A DNA stretch of 32,000 nucleotides, taken from NCBI GenBank assembly GCA_028714375.1, contig JAQTMK010000001.1:116729-148728 (forward strand), read 5' to 3'. The position numbers were made by a program, and so were the translations under genes. Source of the DNA: Candidatus Nanoarchaeia archaeon. Its GTDB lineage: Archaea; Nanobdellota; Nanobdellia; SCGC-AAA011-G17; JACPNG01. Below, one piece after another: positions 23,088 to 32,000 of the stretch. Each line of letters begins with the position of its first letter. Position 1 is the first letter of the stretch. The notes under the pieces were generated by a model. That model did no database searches, was not told where the DNA came from, and saw nothing but the letters and a program-made list of their open reading frames with translations.

Positions 23088-24298
23088 AACAATTTTTTTT
23101 GTTCTTCTTTGCTTGCTTTAATCTCACCATAAACTCCGTCATACCCAGGATTTATTTTTAATTTTCCTTCTCTGCTCATTAAAATCAAATCAGCAAGTTT
23201 CCTATCGCTTATTTTTAAAATATCTTCATGTTTTTTATGAATTAAGATATCATACTCATTTCCAAGATGTTTTGTCATTCTTTCATAAACTTCTAGAACT
23301 TTCTTAGATTCAACATTTTTACTGCCTACAGAAGCAGCAATCAATTCTGCAAGAGGAATTAGTTTGTAAAATGGTTTATAATTTTTTGATTTATACCCAA
23401 ATTTTCTAGTTGCCAATTCCTCAACTCTGTAATCAACTCCGATAGTTAAAGGTTTTTTACAAACAGGACATATACCATTAAGTTTTTTGCTTTCAGTAGG
23501 AGTTAGCTGAACATTACAGGCTCTGTGACCATCCCAATGATATTTTCCGTATTCAGGATAAACCTCAATTGTTCCTGCTAAATTTTTTCCGGTTCTTATA
23601 GCATTTAATATATTTTTATAACTCATCTCTCCATCGAACATTGTTGCCTCTCTTCCAATCCTCCATGGATGATGGCTGTGCATGTCAGAAAAACTAACAA
23701 TATTAAAATTGTCTAAACTTTCAACTCTCATATTCATTTCAACATCAGAACTCATACCAGTTTCAAAAGCATGAATTTTATTTACTTTGTCTCCAAAACA
23801 AGCTTGTAAGGAATCAAATCCAGACTTACTCCCTAAAGCACCAAACCAAGAAGTCCAAATATGTGCGGGAATTACTTCAATCTTATCACTTATGTTATTT
23901 AATTTTTCAACAAACTCAATGCTTGACATTCCAAAAATTGGCCTTCCATCATAATCAACTCTTCCTTTTTTCAATAATTCATCAGTAATCTGTTTTACAA
24001 CTTCACCATTTGGAGCCAAAACAAGATGATGGACCCTTCTTCCTTTTCCATCTTGGGTATATGCTAAAGAAATCTCAGTCTGCCATAAAAAAGGAAATTT
24101 ATTTTTAGTCCATAATATCCCATTTTCGTCCTCAGTTAGTTTTTCTTTGATTTCTTTTATCCATAAAGGATGTGTAAAATCTCCGACTCCCAATATATTG
24201 ATCCCTTTTGTTCTTGCACCGTTTTCAAGATTTTCAATTGTGATATTTTTACTGCAGGCAGCAGAATATCTGCTATGTATATGTAAATCAGCAATCAT
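23084..24298 (-). CDS. PHP-domain nuclease with Zn ribbon, Endonuclease Q-like (COG1379-type architecture)
   Basis: 404 aa. The N-terminal PHP metal motif is MIADLHIHSRYS. Further His clusters are present (SDMHSHHPW). A CPVCKKPLTIG zinc-ribbon insert is also present. Confidence 0.6.
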   Translation of the reverse strand: MIADLHIHSRYSAACSKNITIENLENGARTKGINILGVGDFTHPLWIKEIKEKLTEDENGILWTKNKFPFLWQTEISLAYTQDGKGRRVHHLVLAPNGEVVKQITDELLKKGRVDYDGRPIFGMSSIEFVEKLNNISDKIEVIPAHIWTSWFGALGSKSGFDSLQACFGDKVNKIHAFETGMSSDVEMNMRVESLDNFNIVSFSDMHSHHPWRIGREATMFDGEMSYKNILNAIRTGKNLAGTIEVYPEYGKYHWDGHRACNVQLTPTESKKLNGICPVCKKPLTIGVDYRVEELATRKFGYKSKNYKPFYKLIPLAELIAASVGSKNVESKKVLEVYERMTKHLGNEYDILIHKKHEDILKISDRKLADLILMSREGKLKINPGYDGVYGEIKASKEEQKKLF

Positions 24299-24328
24299 AA
24301 AAATAAAAAAAGAAAGAAGTATTTAAGG

Positions 24329-25258
24329 TTAATTAAAGTCAGTATTTTCTACTGTAAAGGAAGTAGCAATTGAATCTTTGTACATGTAACTTAATTCAAT
24401 GTTGATTGGTTTGCTAAATGCAGTTTCCTGTAATCCAGATGTTTCAATATCACAACTGACTGTTCTTCCTCCAGATATCAAATCCACAATGCCTTCACTC
24501 CCATCATTTAATCTTGAACATTTAATTGGAATATTTCCAGTAGTGCTCACTTTAACTCTTACTTGTTCATCCATATCAGGAGTTTCAACACATTCAGATC
24601 CAAATACACCAGGAGCATAAACCATCCCTGTTCCCTGAGTCATTATATCGAAAGTTAATTTGATTGATGAACTTCTTGGAATCTGACTCATGCTTACTAC
24701 ATGAACTGGAGCTCCAGAGTTTTCTAGTCCCATATTTTCATTGTTTACAGTGCATAAATCCTCAGTAGTGTCGTCATTTGGTTTTTTCTTTAAACATATA
24801 TCTGCAACAGCTTTTGTATTATACTCATAACAGACATCTGCTCTTAAATCAACTGGGAAATCAGAATCTAGATTGTACTTATAATTCATTCTCTTAAATC
24901 TTATTTCTAGTTGGTCTGACTCAGTAACTGTGTCTCTTATCTTGGTTTTCTTTTCCAGTTTGGTAGGAGATGATTGTGATAAAGAACTCATTGAAAATGC
25001 ATCTCTTTCAACTCCCTGTAATGTAACAATTAACCTTCCAGAATCAATATCAGCCTCACCATCGTTTATAGCTAATATGCTTACATCAAATTCATCTTCT
25101 GCATTGTCTCCAACTACAGATGGAGGTTCTCCATCAACAAAACTTAAAGTTAGTCCTGTAGTCCCACCAATAAATCGGTTAGATGTACTACTGTCTTCAG
25201 TACTTGTGCACCCAAACAAAAATAAAACAACAAATAGAGCCATTAAATATTTTTTCAT
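24329..25258 (-). CDS. Putative lipoprotein (lipobox LFGC)
   Basis: 309 aa. The N-terminus is MKKYLMALFVVLFLFGCTSTEDSS. The mature part is beta-rich with six more Cys. The start lies 1 nt after the stop of the upstream 425-aa gene. Confidence 0.7.
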   Translation of the reverse strand: MKKYLMALFVVLFLFGCTSTEDSSTSNRFIGGTTGLTLSFVDGEPPSVVGDNAEDEFDVSILAINDGEADIDSGRLIVTLQGVERDAFSMSSLSQSSPTKLEKKTKIRDTVTESDQLEIRFKRMNYKYNLDSDFPVDLRADVCYEYNTKAVADICLKKKPNDDTTEDLCTVNNENMGLENSGAPVHVVSMSQIPRSSSIKLTFDIMTQGTGMVYAPGVFGSECVETPDMDEQVRVKVSTTGNIPIKCSRLNDGSEGIVDLISGGRTVSCDIETSGLQETAFSKPINIELSYMYKDSIATSFTVENTDFN

Positions 25259-25259
25259 T

Positions 25260-26537
25260 TTAGTTTTCCTCCAGATAAATATTCAAACTTTCAATATCAA
25301 AATCATTCTTAGGTATTATTTTGATGTAGTTTGCACCTCTTTGGATATACTCAGAGATGTCTTTTACAAATGTTTCCTTGGTAACATCCATGTTGAATTT
25401 AATATCATTTACTGCAATCTGTGACTGTTTTCTGTCAACAGCGTTCTTGAATTTAAATCTTAAGATAACATCATATTTTGTATAATCTGATTTACAGTCA
25501 TCTATACACTCATTGTAGTCCGTTGTTCCTTTTGTATAATCATCCTTACATTCATCTTCACAGGTAGTGTAATCAATATTGTCAACATAGTCATAATCAT
25601 CGTCTTCAATGAAGAATGTATATTCTGCTTCTAATTTTTCAGAAACATCAAGATTAATCTGAACATCCTCCAACTTATAATTTCCCTTATCAATACTGAA
25701 TTCTATTGAGTTGCTTCCTTCTTCAAGATCCTCTTCAGATATGTCTATTTTTGTTTCTTTAGCATCACAAAGCACCCTTTCTTTATTGATTGATCTGCCG
25801 TTCATCTTAATTTCCAATAATCCCTCTTCAATATTAATGCAGTTCAAGTAATAAGTTAATTCTGCGGTTTTAATTCCTTTTTTCTCAGAAGCAGTCAATA
25901 CAAAGTTTCTTCTTACGTTTTTGTTTTCTAATTTACTTACATATTTTAACTGAATTGTTTTTAATTCAAATTCGTTCTTGAAAATAAATGAGTTAGTGCT
26001 AATCTTTAATGTATTATCTTTTTGCAAATAACTTGTTGGAAGATTAATCGGTATGTCCTGGCTGTTGATTTCATCATCAAATATCTTAACTCCGTTTAAT
26101 TCTACTTTAAGATTTCCTGATCCATCGTTTATGAAGAAATATAAATCAAGACTTTGGGCCATGTCTACATCATCAAGTCTGAAATACATTGTCTGAGAAC
26201 CATCCTTAAACAAACTATCGCTTACATAAAGTCTGTCAGCAAGTTTGATTATTTCCTCACTGTTTTTTGAATATAATGCAATGTCTCCAAATTCTTTCTC
26301 CACTGTATCTTCATCTAACTTGTAAACTCTTCCTGGAGAAACTGCCAGCAAACTGATTTTATCCAATTCGCTCTGACTTACATTAGAACCTGGAATCACT
26401 CCAGTATCATATTTTAATAATTCCTCTCTTTCATCAGCAGGTAATAAAATAACATAAACAATAATGAATAAAGCCAAAAGAAGTACAAAAGTAGCTATTG
26501 CTACACCACCCTCAAGTTCCCCTCTCTTAGATTTCAT
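25260..26537 (-). CDS. Large secreted protein with pilin-like (class III) signal peptide
   Basis: The ATG at 26537 is preferred; the track start at 26543 is TTG. The N-terminus MKSKRGELEGGVAIATFVLLLALFIIVYVIL has a KRG motif followed by a hydrophobic helix. The C-terminal region contains a Cys/Asp-rich duplicated motif, CEDECKDDYTKGTTDYNECIDDCKSDYTK. Confidence 0.7.
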   Translation of the reverse strand: MKSKRGELEGGVAIATFVLLLALFIIVYVILLPADEREELLKYDTGVIPGSNVSQSELDKISLLAVSPGRVYKLDEDTVEKEFGDIALYSKNSEEIIKLADRLYVSDSLFKDGSQTMYFRLDDVDMAQSLDLYFFINDGSGNLKVELNGVKIFDDEINSQDIPINLPTSYLQKDNTLKISTNSFIFKNEFELKTIQLKYVSKLENKNVRRNFVLTASEKKGIKTAELTYYLNCINIEEGLLEIKMNGRSINKERVLCDAKETKIDISEEDLEEGSNSIEFSIDKGNYKLEDVQINLDVSEKLEAEYTFFIEDDDYDYVDNIDYTTCEDECKDDYTKGTTDYNECIDDCKSDYTKYDVILRFKFKNAVDRKQSQIAVNDIKFNMDVTKETFVKDISEYIQRGANYIKIIPKNDFDIESLNIYLEEN

Positions 26538-26584
26538 ATTCAAATGAATAAGTTTATTAATATATAAAGTTTATTATTAAAAAA

Positions 26585-27646
26585 ATGAAGATTATTAGTT
26601 CTGATTTTAAAAAAGGAAATGTAAAATTAAAAGTAGAAAGTTCTGAAGACTTATGGTACCTGTCCCAAATACTTGATAAATCAGACCTTATTACAGGAAA
26701 AGCAACAAGAAAAATAAAATTGGGAAGCTCAGATTCCAAGTCTTCTTCTGTAAAAAAGACTTTTACTTTAAAAATAGAACTTGAAAAGCCAGAATATGAC
26801 CCATCTACAAACTCCTTAAGGTTATTGGGGTTGGTTAAGAGTGAAATTGAGGATATACCAAAAGATTCTCACCATTCAATCGTTGTTGAACCAGATTCTA
26901 TAATTACAATAGAGAAACAATGGCTAAAGTATCAGATTCAGAGATTAAAAGAGGCTTCAGAAACAAAAAAAGCTGAAGTATTGATTTTAGTATTAGACAG
27001 AAGTGATGCATCCTTTGCTTTGTTGACATCTCATGGCTACGATTATCTTACAGAAATTGAAGGCGAAGTTGAAAACAAAAGAGTAAAACAAAAACTTGAC
27101 AAGAATTTTTATCTGGAAATAATAACCAAACTTGAAGAATATGTTAAAAGATTTAATATCAAAACTGTTATTTTAGCATCACCTTCTTTTTGGAAAGAGG
27201 ATTTCCTTAAAGAAGTGGAAATTAAAAACATTGAACTGGCAAATAAAATAAAACTTGCTTCATGTAATACTACTGGAAAAGCCGGTGTTGAAGAGGTATT
27301 GAACAGGACCGAAGTAAAACAAATCCTAAAGCAGGACAGGATTATTTTAGAGATGGATATAATTGATGAATTTTTAAGAAATGTTGCAAAAGAAACCCTA
27401 TCTGCTTATGGCTTTACTCATGTTGAAAGGGCTGCAAATGCAGGAGCAGTCTCTAAATTACTTTTAACAGATAAATTTCTCTTGGAAGCTAAAGAAAAAT
27501 CTAATTTTGAAAGAATAGAGTCAGTAATGAAAACTGTGGAGTCTGCAGGAGGAGAAATAACAATAATATCAACAGAGCACGATGGTGGAAAAAAACTCCA
27601 GGGCTTAAGTGGGATTGCAGCAATTTTAAGGTACGAATTTAAATAA
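26585..27646 (+). CDS. pelA: Pelota (Dom34) mRNA surveillance / ribosome rescue factor
   Basis: 353 aa. The N-terminus MKIISSDFKKGNVKLKVESSEDLWYLSQIL, the three-domain length and the eRF1-like C-terminal part fit archaeal Pelota. Confidence 0.85.
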   Translation: MKIISSDFKKGNVKLKVESSEDLWYLSQILDKSDLITGKATRKIKLGSSDSKSSSVKKTFTLKIELEKPEYDPSTNSLRLLGLVKSEIEDIPKDSHHSIVVEPDSIITIEKQWLKYQIQRLKEASETKKAEVLILVLDRSDASFALLTSHGYDYLTEIEGEVENKRVKQKLDKNFYLEIITKLEEYVKRFNIKTVILASPSFWKEDFLKEVEIKNIELANKIKLASCNTTGKAGVEEVLNRTEVKQILKQDRIILEMDIIDEFLRNVAKETLSAYGFTHVERAANAGAVSKLLLTDKFLLEAKEKSNFERIESVMKTVESAGGEITIISTEHDGGKKLQGLSGIAAILRYEFK

Positions 27647-28663
27647 TCTTGGTTCTCTTACCAACAATTTTAAAACAAACTTAGAAGGGAAATCCCTGTC
27701 ATAGTCTCCTATTATAGTTCTTAATTTTTCCTGACTAAATAATTCAACAAGTTCGTTGTATTTTTTATCATTGAATCTGTCCAGTTTTTTTCTCATTACA
27801 AGATTTAACATTAATTCTTTCTTAAGTTTTTGATTAACTCTAAACTCATAATTTTTAAAACCCTTGGAAAATTCTTTTGCAGCAATCAGTCCAGGGATAA
27901 TCCCCCCGAAAGTTGTTGCTTTAACCTGGGTTGCTGCATCCCCAACCAAAAAAATATTGTTTTTGGATATTTTTATTAAAGGATCATAAAAGGGGATAAT
28001 CCCCCCCTGATTGTCAAGAACTTTTCCGTTCTCCAATATCAAAAGTTTCTTGAACTCAATATTTAGATCTTTATTTGAAGCGACACCAATCCTGGCAATT
28101 TTTTTGTTTTCAGGAACAACCCATGAAAAACTTCCAATACCAAGATAAAACTTAACCAAATCTTCATTAAAATTACCTTTAAGTCTTGCCTGTTTTGCAG
28201 CAATAAATTTTCTTTTGTTAAATAATCCGGAATCTCTTGCAACTCTTGAATAAGGTCCATCAGCGCCAATAATAAAATCATCTTTTATCCTTAAATCTTT
28301 AAAGATTAATTCATTGCCTCTTAATCTCAATAATTTTTTATTTAAGATAATCTTAGCTCCTCTTTCTCTTGCTTTGTCAGCAAAAAAATTATCAAACCTT
28401 ACCCGATCTAAAACAAGATTCTTATTTCTTAATTTAATAAAAATGCTTTTTCCGTTGGGAGCGATTATTTCTGCTTCAGGAATTTTATTAAGCACATAAT
28501 CCTCACAGTAAATGTCCTTAGGTAAATTATTTGTGATAATTCCAGTGCATTGAACAGGTTCTCCAATCTTTTTATCCTCTTCATATATCTTGACATCATA
28601 CTGCTTGGCCAGATTATAACCAGAATATGTTCCTGCAGGTCCTGCTCCAATAATTGATACCAT
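27626..28663 (-). CDS. Geranylgeranyl reductase-family FAD-dependent oxidoreductase
   Basis: 345 aa. It has the N-terminal dinucleotide-binding motif IIGAGPAGTYSG and the LVGDAATQV motif. It overlaps the Pelota 3' end by 21 nt (convergent). Confidence 0.75.
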   Translation of the reverse strand: MVSIIGAGPAGTYSGYNLAKQYDVKIYEEDKKIGEPVQCTGIITNNLPKDIYCEDYVLNKIPEAEIIAPNGKSIFIKLRNKNLVLDRVRFDNFFADKARERGAKIILNKKLLRLRGNELIFKDLRIKDDFIIGADGPYSRVARDSGLFNKRKFIAAKQARLKGNFNEDLVKFYLGIGSFSWVVPENKKIARIGVASNKDLNIEFKKLLILENGKVLDNQGGIIPFYDPLIKISKNNIFLVGDAATQVKATTFGGIIPGLIAAKEFSKGFKNYEFRVNQKLKKELMLNLVMRKKLDRFNDKKYNELVELFSQEKLRTIIGDYDRDFPSKFVLKLLVREPRLFKFVP

Positions 28664-28703
28664 CTTAGTAAATTATTTAAACTCTTTAAAGTTCTTAAAT
28701 CCT

Positions 28704-30389
28704 ATGGGTTTAATTAAGACAATTAGAGATGTTAAAAGACTTAAAAATATTGCGAATGTATTATTCTCATATGAATTAGGTAATTTAGTGCATAATCTGG
28801 GACTAAGTTCTCATATCCCATTCACAAAAAGGCTCAGTAAAGAACAATTTATCGATAAATCTGATTTTGTTGCCTACAGATTAAGGCAGTCTATGGAAGA
28901 ACTTTCTGGAGCTTTTGTTAAGCTTGGACAGTTATTGAGTTTGCGTCCAGATCTGATTCCAAAAGAATACTGCGAGGAATTTTCAAAACTACAGGATCAT
29001 GTTGCTCCATTTAGTTTTGTATCTGTTAAAAAAATAGTTGAAGAAGAATTAAAAAAACCCTTGGAGATGGCATTTTCTTCATTTGATAAAGACCCAATTG
29101 CATCTGCTTCAATAGGTCAAGTTCACAAAGCAAAATTAATTTCAGGGGAAACAGTTGCTGTCAAGGTTCAGAGACCATTCATCGATGAGATTTTCGAGAC
29201 AGACATGGATCTGCTTTTCCACATTGCACATCTTGCTGAAAAGAATATGCCTGAATTAAGACAGTATGACCTGAATGCAATTGTAAAAGAATTTGAGGAT
29301 TATACAAAAAAAGAACTGAATTATATTGTTGAAGCAAAAAACATAGAGGAATTTTATAATAATTTCAAGAAAGATAATAATGTAAAGATCCCAAAAATAT
29401 TCTGGAATTTTACAACCAAGAAGGTTTTGGTAATGGAATTTATTGAAGGAGAAAAAATAAAGGAAATTAAAAAACTAACTCCTACAAAAAAGAAAAAAAT
29501 AGTGGATTTGATAACAAAATCAGTTATCAAACAAATTCTGGAGTATCATTTATTCCATGCAGATCCACACCCAGGAAATCTATTGATGTTGAAAGATGAT
29601 AAGATTGCTTTCCTTGATTTTGGAATCGTAGGAAGATTAAGTGACGACTTGATAGAAAAAATAGAAGGAGTCATGATTGGATTAATTCTTCCAGATAAGG
29701 AATTATTATCAAGATCTTTGATTGAATTGGGATTTGTTAAAGAAGAGATTTATATTGATGAATTTAAGGAAGATCTTTCCCATTATCTTGGTCAGTACTA
29801 TGGTGTAAATGAAACTAAGATTGATTTGACTTCAGCAATGTATGATTTGATTTCATTGTCCAGAAAGTATAAGATGAAACTTCCAACCAACTTTGTTTTG
29901 CTGGTTAAGTCTTTGGCAACTTTGGAGGGACTGGTCAGGGAACTTGATCCAGAATACAATCTTGTTGAATCCTTTAAGCCCTATGTGCAGAAGTTAGCAA
30001 AAAAAAGAAAGTCAGCAAAATATGGTTTGAAAAAATTAAAAAGTACAGCAGAGGATTTCACATATACAATAAAAGAACTTCCAAAAGATATGAGGGATGC
30101 ATTGAAAAATATAAAACAAGGAAATTTAAAATTAAATATTGATAACAAAGACATAAGAAGGTTTACCCTTGAAATAGATCGTTCAAGCAACAGGATTACC
30201 TATGGTTTGATTATTGCAGCATTGCTGGTTTCAGGCGCCTTGGTTATAATGGCAGACCTTCCACCATTCTATGAAGATATCCCAATGCTCGGAATTGTTT
30301 TCTTTTTATTGGCAGTTGTGTTCATATTCATATTTGTCATATCTATAATTATAGAAAAAATAAGAGGGAGGAAAAATGAAGAAGATTAG
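28704..30389 (+). CDS. ABC1/UbiB (ADCK-like) atypical kinase, membrane-anchored
   Basis: 561 aa. Motifs are ASIGQVHKA, VAVKVQRP, HADPHPGNL and DFG. Two C-terminal TM helices are present. Confidence 0.8.
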   Translation: MGLIKTIRDVKRLKNIANVLFSYELGNLVHNLGLSSHIPFTKRLSKEQFIDKSDFVAYRLRQSMEELSGAFVKLGQLLSLRPDLIPKEYCEEFSKLQDHVAPFSFVSVKKIVEEELKKPLEMAFSSFDKDPIASASIGQVHKAKLISGETVAVKVQRPFIDEIFETDMDLLFHIAHLAEKNMPELRQYDLNAIVKEFEDYTKKELNYIVEAKNIEEFYNNFKKDNNVKIPKIFWNFTTKKVLVMEFIEGEKIKEIKKLTPTKKKKIVDLITKSVIKQILEYHLFHADPHPGNLLMLKDDKIAFLDFGIVGRLSDDLIEKIEGVMIGLILPDKELLSRSLIELGFVKEEIYIDEFKEDLSHYLGQYYGVNETKIDLTSAMYDLISLSRKYKMKLPTNFVLLVKSLATLEGLVRELDPEYNLVESFKPYVQKLAKKRKSAKYGLKKLKSTAEDFTYTIKELPKDMRDALKNIKQGNLKLNIDNKDIRRFTLEIDRSSNRITYGLIIAALLVSGALVIMADLPPFYEDIPMLGIVFFLLAVVFIFIFVISIIIEKIRGRKNEED

Positions 30390-30588
30390 AAAAGTAGCAA
30401 AAAAAGTTTTAAGCAAAAGAAACAGAGAATTAGCAAAAAGAGCTGCAAAAATAACTGTAAGGGAAGTTAGAAGAGTTGCACCAAAAGCAAGAAGAGAAGT
30501 TGAAAAAATATATCACTTTGGCAAGAGTGAAGCAAAAAAGATAATAATAGAGATTAAGAGATCTCCAAAAAAGAAGAAAAAGAAATGA
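30376..30588 (+). CDS. 70-aa highly basic protein (30 of 70 residues K/R by my count, ending KKKKKK)
   Basis: GGGAGG lies 5 nt upstream of the ATG, inside the end of the kinase gene. It overlaps the kinase gene by 14 nt and the peptidase gene by 4 nt (ATGA). Confidence 0.55.
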   Translation: MKKIRKVAKKVLSKRNRELAKRAAKITVREVRRVAPKARREVEKIYHFGKSEAKKIIIEIKRSPKKKKKK

Positions 30589-31433
30589 TTTTTATAATTT
30601 TAGCTTTGATTGGAGTAGTCGGTCTAATTTTAGCTTCTTATTTTGATATTAAAACTAGGGAAATACCAAACATAATCAGTTTTACTATGATTGCTTTGGG
30701 ATTAGGATTGAGATTAATCTATTCAGTCATAAACAAAGAGATTATGTTTTTTGTTTACGGATTGTTGGCATTCGGTATATTTTTCCTGTTTGGAGTTTTG
30801 ATGTATTACACAAAACAATGGGGGGGAGGAGACACAAAATTATTAATGGCTCTTGGAGCACTATTTGGAACTTGGTCAACAGATTATTTTTTATTATCTC
30901 TGATAATAACCTTAATTTTCGTAGCCGCTGTTTATGGATTAGTCTGGGCAGTTTATCTTACAATCAAGAATTACAGGAAGTTTAGCAAGATTTTCAAGCA
31001 AATATATTATAATAAAAAAATCCAAACAATTATTATTTCTGTCTTCGCAGTTTTATTGATATTGGTTTCTTTGATTATCGAAGACAAAACTCTCGGATTT
31101 GTGCTTACAATCATGGCCTTTTTGGTTTTGATTTATTATTATCTTCTGATTTATCTCAAGGTTGTTGAAAAAGCATGCATGGAAAAAACAATCCCGGTAT
31201 CAAAACTGACAGAAGGCGATTGGGTAATCCATGATGTTAAAAAAGGAAATAAACTGATTTATTCTAAAAAATATAATATAACAAAAAAACATATTGAAAT
31301 TTTAAATAAATATAAAATCAAAGAAGTTACAATCAAAGAAGGATTTCCTTTTGTTCCAGCTTTTCTTCTGGCTTTAATAATTAATTTTTTAATAAGTAAA
31401 ATTTTGGTTAGATTTTTGCTTAGTTTTATGTAA
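30585..31433 (+). CDS. A24-family prepilin/preflagellin peptidase (FlaK/PibD/EppA-like)
   Basis: 282 aa, polytopic. The two aspartyl-protease motifs are YFDIKTREIPN and WGGGDTKLLMALGA (GxGDxK). A soluble insert lies before the last TM (VSKLTEGDWVIHDVKKGNKLIY...). Confidence 0.8.
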   Translation: MIFIILALIGVVGLILASYFDIKTREIPNIISFTMIALGLGLRLIYSVINKEIMFFVYGLLAFGIFFLFGVLMYYTKQWGGGDTKLLMALGALFGTWSTDYFLLSLIITLIFVAAVYGLVWAVYLTIKNYRKFSKIFKQIYYNKKIQTIIISVFAVLLILVSLIIEDKTLGFVLTIMAFLVLIYYYLLIYLKVVEKACMEKTIPVSKLTEGDWVIHDVKKGNKLIYSKKYNITKKHIEILNKYKIKEVTIKEGFPFVPAFLLALIINFLISKILVRFLLSFM

Positions 31434-31435
31434 TT

Positions 31436-31951
31436 TTATCCTGGAAAATCATCATCGAAATCAAAATCAATAATCTCTTCTTCTTTATTGATTATTTTTT
31501 CTTTCTTTTCTTCTTTTGGTAATTTTGAGATTATCATTTTTGCCAATTCTTCTCCTTTGTGGAGTTCTTTTGGATCCCAGCTGAACACAATGCCATCGTT
31601 TTCATATCTTGGGATTATGTGAACAAGTAAATGGGGAGCATTTTGTCCAGCAGCTTTTCCATTTGCAACAAATATGTTTGTACCTTCAGCATTTAATCCT
31701 TCAAACACCCCTTTTGCAATCCTGTTTGCAATGCTGAACATTTCCCTTACAGAATGATCATCCATCTGGCTTAAAACCATATAATGTCTTTTTGGAAATA
31801 AGATAACATGCCCAGGATTAGCAGGATTAATGTCTAAAACTCCCATAAAATCAGAATTTTCAAAAACTTTTATAGATTCAATTTTTCCATGGGCAATCAT
31901 GCAGAAAGGACATCTTCCTTCGTTAATCTGATTTACCTCATCATCATCCAT
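31436..31951 (-). CDS. HIT-family protein with variant histidine triad (H-L-L-V-H); the N-terminus may extend beyond the window
   Basis: It has a CPFC zinc motif and the HIT fold pattern, with NAPHLLVHIIPR in place of the usual HxHxHxx. The frame stays open from 31951 to nt 32000 (LSDEEKEKKLQEIIST), so the true start could lie outside the window. Confidence 0.75.
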   Translation of the reverse strand: MDDDEVNQINEGRCPFCMIAHGKIESIKVFENSDFMGVLDINPANPGHVILFPKRHYMVLSQMDDHSVREMFSIANRIAKGVFEGLNAEGTNIFVANGKAAGQNAPHLLVHIIPRYENDGIVFSWDPKELHKGEELAKMIISKLPKEEKKEKIINKEEEIIDFDFDDDFPG

Positions 31952-32000
31952 CGTAGAAATAATTTCTTGTAGCTTCTTCTCTTTTTCTTCATCGCTTAAT

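Noticed and set aside
27626-27646. The 21-nt convergent overlap of Pelota and the geranylgeranyl reductase gene, plus similar overlaps at 10472-10482 and 23084-23087
   Set aside because: This is typical gene packing in reduced genomes. No structure or alternative frame of interest was seen.
30566-30584. The A-rich run AAAAAAGAAGAAAAAGAAA at the end of the basic-protein gene as a programmed frameshift site into the peptidase gene
   Set aside because: It is interrupted by G residues, and the downstream gene has its own ATG overlapping the stop (ATGA). Ordinary coupling explains the arrangement.
1-32000. CRISPR arrays, rRNA genes, IS elements, integrases and prophage hallmarks
   Set aside because: I found no regularly spaced direct repeats, no rRNA-like sequence, and no transposase, integrase, capsid or terminase-like ORFs on either strand. 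The only direct repeat found is the 20-mer pair at 2995-3066.

Overview
This is an AT-rich archaeal chromosome segment. Hand counts of sampled 60-nt lines give about 28-33% GC. The gene content looks like a small-genome DPANN-type archaeon, which is an inference. The backbone is archaeal housekeeping: tRNA-Gln(UUG), Bud32 kinase, SRP54, FtsY, TruD, and a GINS-like/L44e/S27e/aIF2-alpha/Nop10/PAC2 cluster. It also carries an EndoQ-like PHP nuclease, Pelota, geranylgeranyl reductase, a UbiB/ABC1 kinase, an A24 prepilin peptidase, a HIT protein and a stand-alone Cas4-like nuclease. Several secreted or anchored surface proteins and pilin-like proteins are present. One ORF of more than 800 codons with BNR/Asp-box repeats runs off the left edge and is missing from the ORF track. 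Two minus-strand segments stand out. (i) The 11.87-17.1 kb segment is GC-shifted (about 40-52% in sampled lines). It encodes a bacterial-looking envelope module: an OMP-like beta-barrel protein with a C-terminal Phe beta-signal, a lipobox protein with four PKD-like modules, and an 829-aa protein with inverse-autotransporter-like domain order. Hairpin/T-tract terminators flank its genes. (ii) The 7.87-9.9 kb segment is a compact cassette of six short orphan genes, three of them 43-65 aa membrane peptides, most mis-delimited or absent in the ORF track. I saw no rRNA, CRISPR array, transposase or integrase. All product calls rest on motif recognition by eye; no database search was run.
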